From Horticoccus luteus (GTDB lineage Bacteria > Verrucomicrobiota > Verrucomicrobiia > Opitutales > Opitutaceae): DNA of 32,000 nt. The DNA is taken from NCBI RefSeq assembly GCF_019464535.1, contig NZ_CP080507.1, forward strand, positions 3,510,001 through 3,542,000, in the 5' to 3' direction. Positions 7,816 to 15,078 of the stretch are shown here, piece by piece. The notes under the pieces are model-generated. The model had not been told where the DNA came from. It was given only the letters and a program-made list of their open reading frames with translations, and searched no databases. Made by a program: the position numbers and the translations under genes. The stretch's first letter is position 1; each line of letters begins with the position of its first letter.

Positions 7816-9612
7816 TCACTCGCGCTTTTTCGCCGCCACCCACGCGCCCACTTCCTCGGCCAGCACGTCGAGCGGCACGTTGCCGCCCTTCAGCACGGCG
7901 TTGTGAAATTCCTTCAGCGAGAACTTCGCCCCGAGCTCCGCCTTCGCGTTTTCGCGCAACTCCACGATCTTCAACTGGCCGATCATATACGAGCACGCCT
8001 GCCCCGGCCACACGACGTAACGCTCCACCTCTGCCGCCGGAATGCCGAAGTCGATCGCCTGCTGCCGCGTCCATTTCATCGCGTGCAATCCCGTGTCCAC
8101 CACGAGCCGGCGCGCCCGAAACAGTTGCTGGCTCAGGTAGCCGAGCCGTCCCTTCGGATCGCCGTCATACCAACCGCTCTCGTCCGCCAGTCGCTCCGCG
8201 TAGAGCGCCCAACCCTCGCCATACGCCGAGATAAATCCGAACACGCCGAGCTTCCGGAAGCGCGGCAGTTCCGTCGACTCCTGTTGCACCGTGAGCTGGA
8301 AATGATGCCCCGGCACCGCCTCGTGATAACTCAGCGAACGCATCGACAACACCTTGAACGTCGGCCCCGGCAGCGGCAGCCAGTAGATGCCCGGTTGCGT
8401 GCCATCGGGCGCCGGCGGCGTGTAGTGCGCCGCCGCGGAGTTTTCCGTCAACGCCGGCTCGCGACGCACGACCACCGGCGCGAGCGGCCGCACGTCAAAC
8501 AGCGCCGCGCTCCGCTTCTCCGCGTCCCGCACGGTGCGCTCGTTGCGCGCCAGCAACGCCGGCCGCGGGTCGGGCTCCGCCGCCGGTTGTTCCGCCGCCT
8601 GCAACTGCTGGTAACGCGCTTCCACCGTGCCGTCGCTGTAACCCAGCGAGCGCAGAATCTTGTCCATCTCGCCCTCGATGCGCGCGACTTCCCGCTGGCC
8701 GATCACGTGGACTTGGTCGGGCGAAAGATTCGTCGTCGTATAGGTGCGCAGCGCCTGCGCATACGCCTCGTCGCCGTTCGGCAAGCGGCTGATGCCCGCC
8801 TCGTCCGTCGTTTCCGGCAACTGCGCCGCGAGCAGACTCCGCACGCGCGCGTAAGCCGGAATGATCTCGTCGCGCACGACCTTTCCCGCTGTCGCCAGAT
8901 AACGCGCCCGCTCCGGTTGCGACACCGCGTCACCCAGCGCGGCGATGCGCTCATCCAACGAATGCACAAACACATTCTCGCGCGGCGGCGGCGCGAGGAA
9001 GCCATCGAGTTGCGCGATCGTGCGCTCCACGATGAAACGCGGCGGACGGATGCCCGCCTCTCCCGCCGCCCGCGCCTCGGCGATCCCTTCGTCGATCAAC
9101 GGCGCCACGCGTCGCAACCGCACCAGATAGTTTTCGATGTCCGCCTTCTGGCGGATGGGATGCGTCTGCGTGAGAAAATCGATGAGCTCGAGCTGCAGCC
9201 CTTTGAATTGCTCGAAGATGAATTGCTGCGGCGCGAACTGCGCTTGCGCGATCACGTCCTCCAACGCCCATTGGATCAGCGCCGCCGACGTCTGCTCGGC
9301 CGGCGTGAGGCTCTCGCGCGGGAAACGGCGCAACGCCGTGAGGCCTTCCTGCGCGAGCAACGCGTGCTGATTCGCCGCCGTGAGCCCATACGTCGTGCCC
9401 CACGAGCCCGCCATCGCCATCTCCCGATCGAGCGCCGCCTGTTCCGCTCCGGAAAAATATTGCGTGCGCGTCGCAAGCTGCGGATTCGCCCGCACCCACG
9501 CATCGGTGAACGACGTGCTCCACGTCTCGAACTCCGGGTTGGCAAACACACGGCCCGCGAGCAATGCGAGAAAGACACAACCGAGCAAACGGCTAAGCGT
9601 GGTAAATTTCAT
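7816..9612 (-). CDS. DUF885-family protein (secreted, metallopeptidase-like HExxGH motif)
   Basis: 598-aa ORF with signal-like N-terminus MKFTTLSRLLGCVFLALLAGRVFA. The motif SYHEAVPGHHFQ and overall layout match my recollection of DUF885. The opposite-strand ORF 7903..9684 is Arg-rich nonsense. Confidence 0.8.
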   Translation of the reverse strand: MKFTTLSRLLGCVFLALLAGRVFANPEFETWSTSFTDAWVRANPQLATRTQYFSGAEQAALDREMAMAGSWGTTYGLTAANQHALLAQEGLTALRRFPRESLTPAEQTSAALIQWALEDVIAQAQFAPQQFIFEQFKGLQLELIDFLTQTHPIRQKADIENYLVRLRRVAPLIDEGIAEARAAGEAGIRPPRFIVERTIAQLDGFLAPPPRENVFVHSLDERIAALGDAVSQPERARYLATAGKVVRDEIIPAYARVRSLLAAQLPETTDEAGISRLPNGDEAYAQALRTYTTTNLSPDQVHVIGQREVARIEGEMDKILRSLGYSDGTVEARYQQLQAAEQPAAEPDPRPALLARNERTVRDAEKRSAALFDVRPLAPVVVRREPALTENSAAAHYTPPAPDGTQPGIYWLPLPGPTFKVLSMRSLSYHEAVPGHHFQLTVQQESTELPRFRKLGVFGFISAYGEGWALYAERLADESGWYDGDPKGRLGYLSQQLFRARRLVVDTGLHAMKWTRQQAIDFGIPAAEVERYVVWPGQACSYMIGQLKIVELRENAKAELGAKFSLKEFHNAVLKGGNVPLDVLAEEVGAWVAAKKRE

Positions 9613-9937
9613 GGGGTAAAATTCAAAAGCCCATCCGCCCGCCGCGCCCCCGCGATCAATCCTTCAAACCGCCGGAGCTGCTGATCAGTCGTCATGAGCC
9701 AAGCGCCGCAACGTGTCCGGCCACCGCGCCGCTGACGAGGAGATTCAACCGCTGCACGCGCCAGCCCACGCCAGTCTCCGCACACCATCGCAACGCCGAT
9801 CGGCTTAACCGAAAGACTCGCCGGCGCTCCGTTCGCGAACTCCTCGGAAACGCTCTCTGCACACGCGAAGTTTGACGCCGCTCCCTCGTCGCCGCTGAGT
9901 GCGTCAGCCCGCCGCATCCCGCCCCCCTTTTCTCCCC

Positions 9938-10960
9938 ATGAAATCCCACGCTGTCGTTTTCACCGGCCCCAACCAAGTCGCGTATCAGGAGATCAACTCT
10001 CCCGAGCCCGGACCCGAAGACGTGGTCGTCGAGCTGCATCATTCCTGGATCAGCAACGGCACCGAGGGCTCGTTCCTCCGCGGTGAACGCCTCTCCGGCG
10101 ACGTCGCGTGGCAGCCCGGCGATCCCGCGCCGTTTCCGATGGTGGCCGGTTATCAAAAAGTCGGCCGCATCACCCACGTCGGCGCCGCCGCGCCCGGCTT
10201 CGCGATCGGCGATTGGGTCTTCGCCTCGATGAGCCGCGTGGAAGGCATGTTCGACAACCAGTTTGCCGGCCACGTCTCGCCCAGCGTCTGCGATCACCGC
10301 GCGGTGCAACGGCTCCCGGCCGGTGCCAATCCCCTCGCGTTCTCCGGACTCGTGCTCACGCAGGTCGGCTTCAACTGCGGCTCGCGTTCGCCCGTCGCAG
10401 CCGGCCAGGTCGCCGTCGTGATGGGCGACGGCCTCGTCGGCCAATGGTCCGGGCAGACCCTCGCCGCGCGCGGCGCCAAAGTCGTCCTTGTCGGCCGCCA
10501 CGAAGACCGCCTCGCACGCTTCCGCCGCTTCGGTTCGGTCGTCCGCGCCGGTGCCGATTACGGCGTGCCCGCGGTGCAGGCCCTCGGACTCGGCCCGGTG
10601 AACTTCCTCATCGAAACCGTCGGCGATGTGAACGTGCTCCACCGTTACCTGCCGCTGATGGCGCGCAACAGCCACATGGTTATCGCCGGTTTCTACAAAC
10701 CCTCCGGCGACGTGAATTTGCAGGCGGCGCTCCAGACATTTCGCAATTACGAGATCTCGTTCGATCTCGCGTCGGGCGCCACGCGCGAACGCCTCGACGA
10801 AACGCTCCGCTGGATCGCCGACGGCCGCCTCGACCCGCTGTGCTGCCTCTCACACCGCTTCCCGGTCGAACAAGCCGCCGACGCGTGGCGCCTGATCGAA
10901 ACCAAACGCGAACCCGTGCTCGGCGTCGTCCTCGACTGGCCCGCCTCGCGCCGCGCGTGA
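9938..10960 (+). CDS. MDR-superfamily (alcohol-dehydrogenase-fold) oxidoreductase lacking the classical catalytic-Zn GHE motif
   Basis: The track ORF begins at 9899, but MKSHAVVFTGPNQVAYQE (ATG 9938) is a typical MDR N-terminus. A Rossmann-type VAVVMGDGLVGQWSGQ is present. VAGYQKVGRI stands where Zn-ADHs have GHE.G.V. The start choice is uncertain. Confidence 0.7.
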   Translation: MKSHAVVFTGPNQVAYQEINSPEPGPEDVVVELHHSWISNGTEGSFLRGERLSGDVAWQPGDPAPFPMVAGYQKVGRITHVGAAAPGFAIGDWVFASMSRVEGMFDNQFAGHVSPSVCDHRAVQRLPAGANPLAFSGLVLTQVGFNCGSRSPVAAGQVAVVMGDGLVGQWSGQTLAARGAKVVLVGRHEDRLARFRRFGSVVRAGADYGVPAVQALGLGPVNFLIETVGDVNVLHRYLPLMARNSHMVIAGFYKPSGDVNLQAALQTFRNYEISFDLASGATRERLDETLRWIADGRLDPLCCLSHRFPVEQAADAWRLIETKREPVLGVVLDWPASRRA

Positions 10961-11081
10961 ATCCATTCTCCGCTCTCTTCGAGCTGCCGCCGTGCCGCCA
11001 CCGCTTCGCGTTAAGAGGAAGGCCGGCTGCCGCGAATCACGCGAACGCTCGCGAATTCCGAGGCCGTTTTCTCGTTTCGCA

Positions 11082-11099
11082 TCATTCGTGTCATTCGTG
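11082..11099. repeat. Perfect tandem 9-mer (tcattcgtg x2) inside a long intergenic spacer
   Basis: tcattcgtg occurs at 11082-11090 and 11091-11099, followed by gctaaaacgaacgg. That segment can pair imperfectly with the upstream ccgttttctcgttt. There is only one copy in this window, so repeat-family status cannot be tested here. Confidence 0.5.
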
Positions 11100-11128
11100 G
11101 CTAAAACGAACGGCGAGGTTGGGGTGTA

Positions 11129-11142
11129 GTCCGCATGCGGAC
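11129..11142. promoter_or_regulatory. Perfect 14-bp palindrome gtccgcatgcggac in the spacer between the two dehydrogenase genes
   Basis: The sequence is identical to its reverse complement. It lies 211 nt upstream of the ATG at 11353. Function unknown (operator or hairpin). Confidence 0.35.
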
Positions 11143-11352
11143 GGGCGGTGAGCACTCATTTTCCAGACCAGTGGGTTCGCGGGCGCGTCACTCGCGCGGC
11201 CGATCACTCGCGGGACCGCCCGTGCGCCAACGCCCCCGCCCGCCGCCCTCGTTGACTTCGCCGTTTTTCTCCCGCGAAGTTTCCCGCGTCGCTGCCACGA
11301 CCGCCCGCCTTCACCTGTTCGCTCCCGCACTCTACCCCGCGCCCTTTCTCCC

Positions 11353-12336
11353 ATGACCCTTCCCGCTCGCATGAAATTGCTGCAGATCGAAGCCCCCGGC
11401 CACGCCGCCTGGAAAGACGCGCCACTCCCCCAACCCGCCGCCGGCGAAGTGTTGATTCGCGTGCTCGGCGTCTCGACGTGTCCGCACTGGGATATGCACA
11501 TCTTCGACGGTCAGCCGATGTTTCCCGGCATGAAGCTGGAGTATCCCTACCTGCCCGGCCAGCCCGGCCACGAGGCCATGGGCGAAGTCGTCGCGTTGGG
11601 CGCCGACGTGACAAAACTCCGCGTCGGCGACCACGTCGTCGCGTGGCGCGACACCGGCAAACCGCGCCGCGGATTCTACGCGCAGTTCAACACGTTTCAC
11701 GAAAACGATCTCCTCGTCCTCCCGGCCACGCTCTCCCCCGCCGCGGTCGCCTCGCTCGAACTCGCGATGTGCGTCGAAGTCTCGTTTCAACAACTCGCCG
11801 CACTCGGCGGCCCGCTCGGCCGCATCGGCTTGAGCGGCCTCGGTCCCGCCGGCCTCGTCGCCGTGCAACTCGCGAAAGCCCACGGCGCTTCCGAAGTAAT
11901 CGCGTTCGACCCCGTCGCCGAACGCCGCGCCCTCGCCCTCACCCTCGGCGCCGACCGTGCCCTCGCGCCCGACGCCGCGCAGTGGCCCGCCTCGCGCCAG
12001 AGCGACGCGCTGGATAACGCCATCGACCTCACCGGCGTCCCGCCGGCGATCGAGTTTCTCATGGATCGCACGCGCCGCTGCGTGACGCTCTTCGGCGTGT
12101 TGCGCGAGCAAGTCCGGTTCGGCACCCAGCACCTCTTTGGTCCCGGCCTCATCCTCAGCGGCTACGGCGATCACAACCGCGCCGCCGCCGAAACCGCCCT
12201 GCGCTTCATCGTCGAAGGCAAACTGCACCTCGCCCCGCTCATCACCCAAACCATGCCATTCACGCGCTACGCCGAGGCGGTGGATCTTCTCCGCCGCAAG
12301 CAGGCCATTAAGATCCTCTTCGACCCCTGGGCGTAA
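11353..12336 (+). CDS. Zinc-type alcohol dehydrogenase-like (MDR) oxidoreductase
   Basis: 327-aa ORF. The classical Zn-ADH motif PGHEAMGEVVALG follows a Cys/His segment (VSTCPHWDMH). A Rossmann-type GLSGLGPAGLVAVQLAK is present. The alternative start MKLLQIE at 11371 is equally plausible. Confidence 0.8.
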   Translation: MTLPARMKLLQIEAPGHAAWKDAPLPQPAAGEVLIRVLGVSTCPHWDMHIFDGQPMFPGMKLEYPYLPGQPGHEAMGEVVALGADVTKLRVGDHVVAWRDTGKPRRGFYAQFNTFHENDLLVLPATLSPAAVASLELAMCVEVSFQQLAALGGPLGRIGLSGLGPAGLVAVQLAKAHGASEVIAFDPVAERRALALTLGADRALAPDAAQWPASRQSDALDNAIDLTGVPPAIEFLMDRTRRCVTLFGVLREQVRFGTQHLFGPGLILSGYGDHNRAAAETALRFIVEGKLHLAPLITQTMPFTRYAEAVDLLRRKQAIKILFDPWA

Positions 12337-12424
12337 CGCCCCGCGAGTTCGCTCGTCGCACGGCACCGCACGCCGCACTTCGCGCTGACTACCGGCCTCG
12401 CCCGCCCGTGCGCCATCATCGCCC

Positions 12425-13381
12425 ATGAAGTCGTTCCTCGGCGTCCTCTGCCTCTTGATCCTCCATCCGCTGGTCTGGGCGGGCACCGCGCAGGAATTGC
12501 TCGGCGGAAAGCGCGTCCTGATTCTCGGCGACAGCATCACGCAGCGCGGCGACTACGTCACGTTTCTCGAATATTATCTGGATCGGTCCGCGGATTTCAC
12601 GCCCGCCAACATCCTCAGCATCGGACTCTCCAGCGAAACCGTATCCGGTCTGTCCGAAGCCGGTCCGTGGCCGCGACCGTGCGTGCTGGAGCGCCTCCCG
12701 CGCGCACTCGCGGCCTTCAAACCCGCGGTGGTGCTCGCCTGCTACGGGATGAACGACGGCGTTTACGCGCCCGCCTCCGCCGCCCATCTCGCCGCGTTCC
12801 TCGACGGTCTGCACCGGCTCATTGCGCAAGTGCGCGCCGCTGGCGCGCAGGTGGTGTTGATCACACCGCCGCCCTTTGATCACGTGCCCGTTTCCGCGCG
12901 CGGAGGCGAGACTTCGGAAGGCCCGTTCAGTTATCGCCACCCTTATTTCGGCTACGATGAGACGCTCACCGACTTCACGAAGGCCATGCGCAAGCTGATC
13001 GCGCCAGGCGTGCGCGTGATCGACCTGCACACCCCGATGCGCGCCGCTGTGACGACGCGCCAATCCGCGGAGCCGGCGTTCAGCTTCACGCGCGACGGCG
13101 TTCATCCCGACCTCGCCGGCCATCTGCTCATGGCACGCATCATCGCTGCGGGCCTGGGCCTCGCCACGCCCGACGGCGACCTTTCCGCGGAGCTGCGCCG
13201 GATCGAGGCCGATCCGCTTTATCCGCTCGTCCGCGACCGTCGCGAGTTGCGCTCAGAAGCGTGGCTGCCGTTCATTGGTTACACGCGCGAAGCTACCTTC
13301 AAAACCGCCTCTGTCACCGCCGCGGAACGCGTTGCCGCGCGGTTGGCCGACGAAATCGCCCAGCGCCAACGCACCCACTGA
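12425..13381 (+). CDS. SGNH/GDSL-family hydrolase (secreted esterase/lipase-like)
   Basis: 318-aa ORF with signal-like MKSFLGVLCLLILHPLVWAG. Block I is VLILGDSITQRGDY, block III-like is ACYGMNDG and the C-terminal block is DGVHPD. Confidence 0.8.
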   Translation: MKSFLGVLCLLILHPLVWAGTAQELLGGKRVLILGDSITQRGDYVTFLEYYLDRSADFTPANILSIGLSSETVSGLSEAGPWPRPCVLERLPRALAAFKPAVVLACYGMNDGVYAPASAAHLAAFLDGLHRLIAQVRAAGAQVVLITPPPFDHVPVSARGGETSEGPFSYRHPYFGYDETLTDFTKAMRKLIAPGVRVIDLHTPMRAAVTTRQSAEPAFSFTRDGVHPDLAGHLLMARIIAAGLGLATPDGDLSAELRRIEADPLYPLVRDRRELRSEAWLPFIGYTREATFKTASVTAAERVAARLADEIAQRQRTH

Positions 13382-13477
13382 GCGGCCGCCCGTCGGCGTT
13401 GATTTGACGTTTACCTTCCCGTGCTGTCCGCCCGCCGGCCGCTCGTTCGTCATATCATCTGAATTCTCTTTCCTCCC

Positions 13478-13960
13478 ATGAACAAACCCTCCTCTGACTA
13501 TCCCGCCTTCAGTCCGTATCTCAGCGTCCGCGACGCCGCGCGGGCCCTCGATTTCTATGTGGCGGCCTTTGGCGCGACCGAACGTTTTCGCCTGCTCATC
13601 CCCCACACCCAGACGGTCGGTCACGCCGAACTGCTGATCAACGGGCAACTCGTGATGCTGGCGGAGGAAAATCCGCAGTGGGGCAACAAATCGCCCTCGA
13701 CCCTCGGCGGCTCGCCCGCGACTTTTTGTCTGTTCGTCCCGAATGCCGACGCGGCGCTGGAGCGGGCGGTCGCGGCTGGCGCCACGGTGCGCAGCCCCAC
13801 CGCCGATCAATTTTACGGCTTCCGCAGCGCGTGCGTCACGGACCCTTTTGGCTACACTTGGATGCTCCAGCACCAAATCGAAAACGTTTCTCCCGCGGAG
13901 ATGCAGCAACGTTGGATGGCAATGAGCAGCGGCAGCGCCGAAGGCTGCGGCTCGAATTAA
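13478..13960 (+). CDS. VOC (glyoxalase/bleomycin-resistance fold) family protein, PhnB-like
   Basis: 160-aa ORF. SPYLSVRDAARALDFYVAAFGA...GHAELLINGQLVMLAEE...DPFGYTWML is the usual PhnB-like VOC pattern. Confidence 0.75.
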   Translation: MNKPSSDYPAFSPYLSVRDAARALDFYVAAFGATERFRLLIPHTQTVGHAELLINGQLVMLAEENPQWGNKSPSTLGGSPATFCLFVPNADAALERAVAAGATVRSPTADQFYGFRSACVTDPFGYTWMLQHQIENVSPAEMQQRWMAMSSGSAEGCGSN

Positions 13961-13980
13961 TTTATTCGCCCGGGGGCCGC

Positions 13981-14964
13981 TCAGCAGGCACGCGCCTTCG
14001 CCTCAAATCTGGTGGGGTCCCACGGGCTCGTCCTCAGCGCCAATTTCTGCCAATAGTATTTCAGATCGTCGGATTTCCAGTCCCGGTAAATATCCTCCCA
14101 CTCGAGATCAGGCAGATGCGGTCGCAACGAGCCCACTTCAACCGGCTCCGACAAGGCCTGAAACCGCACGTCCAACGACAGGCGAAGCCGGTCCTTCATT
14201 TCCGAACGCAGGGATTTGTGCACCACCAGGCTGTTGAAGGTCAGCACATCGCCCGCGTCGTAATCGCCCTCCACCCATTCGGTCTCCCACGGACAAAGTT
14301 CCACGACGTGCCCACCCGCGCCCTTGGCCGGTCGCACGGGCAGTTGCCCCGCGTGGTGGCTGCCTCGCAGCACGGTGAGCCCTCCGAGCGTGCGCGGGCA
14401 GTCCCCCAGCGGAATCCAACACGTCATCGTGCTCGTGGCGCCCTGCACAAACGGAAAATCTTGATGCGGCGGCGTGGGGAAATTGCTGCGGTGCGGGATC
14501 AACATCCGGGCCACCGTGCGCGCATGAACCAGCACGTCCTCCTGAAACAACGTGCGATACAGTGCGAGCAACGCGCGGTGGTGAGGAAAACGATGAAAAC
14601 TTTCGAGGTGTTGCACATCGCGATAGCATTGCTCGCCCGTGCCCCACGCTGAGACCTCGGCGTCGGGCAGCGTGTCGGTAACGTCCCGGTTGATCAATCC
14701 GCCCCAGCGATCCTGCCCCGGCATCCGCCATCGGTGACGGTCCGCGACCGCGAGGATGTCCGCCCTCAGGCTCATGACGTAATCGCGCGGCAGCAGTCCC
14801 TTGAAGAACAGATAACCGTCGCGTCCGACGCGTTCCCGCAAACCGCCCGGGTCCGCCAGGAGCGGCGTTGAATCAACAAAAAGTGAGCGGGTGATGGGCC
14901 GCGCTTTCGGCTTCTCGATCGCAACAGGATTCACGGGCGGAGGGGGAACGCCCGAAACCTGCAA
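13981..14964 (-). CDS. Phytanoyl-CoA dioxygenase (PhyH) family Fe(II)/2-oxoglutarate-dependent oxygenase
   Basis: 327-aa ORF. The H-x-D motif is in PPHQDFPFVQG. A distal His lies in FNSLVVHKS and an Arg in LSLDVRF. It converges on the VOC gene with a 20-nt gap. The exact start is uncertain. Confidence 0.75.
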   Translation of the reverse strand: MQVSGVPPPPVNPVAIEKPKARPITRSLFVDSTPLLADPGGLRERVGRDGYLFFKGLLPRDYVMSLRADILAVADRHRWRMPGQDRWGGLINRDVTDTLPDAEVSAWGTGEQCYRDVQHLESFHRFPHHRALLALYRTLFQEDVLVHARTVARMLIPHRSNFPTPPHQDFPFVQGATSTMTCWIPLGDCPRTLGGLTVLRGSHHAGQLPVRPAKGAGGHVVELCPWETEWVEGDYDAGDVLTFNSLVVHKSLRSEMKDRLRLSLDVRFQALSEPVEVGSLRPHLPDLEWEDIYRDWKSDDLKYYWQKLALRTSPWDPTRFEAKARAC

Positions 14965-15078
14965 CGACCCGCCGCCATTGCAAGCCGATGAAATCCGACG
15001 CGCGCACGCGGCTCAGCGTCCAGCGGTTAACGAAAATTTTCCCGCCCTCGTCGCCCGGCTCACCTCACCGACCTCGCC

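Noticed and set aside
7903-9684. 593-aa plus-strand ORF antisense to the DUF885-like gene
   Set aside because: The translation is extremely Arg-rich (RRRR and LRR runs). The minus-strand frame carries a signal peptide and the HEAVPGHH motif.
9609-9917. 102-aa minus-strand ORF filling the divergent spacer and overlapping the DUF885 start by ATGA
   Set aside because: The overlap is suggestive, but the product is Arg-rich (RQRRGGRTRCG) and has no motif. It would occupy the whole divergent promoter region and run into the 5' side of the dehydrogenase gene. I kept it as unlikely; a conservation test could revive it.
9692-12540. Minus-strand ORFs 9692..10675 and 11332..12540, antisense to the two dehydrogenase genes, plus out-of-frame plus-strand ORFs such as 10108..11151
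   Set aside because: All are Arg/Gly/Ala-rich with no motifs. The chosen frames carry Rossmann and GHE-type MDR motifs.
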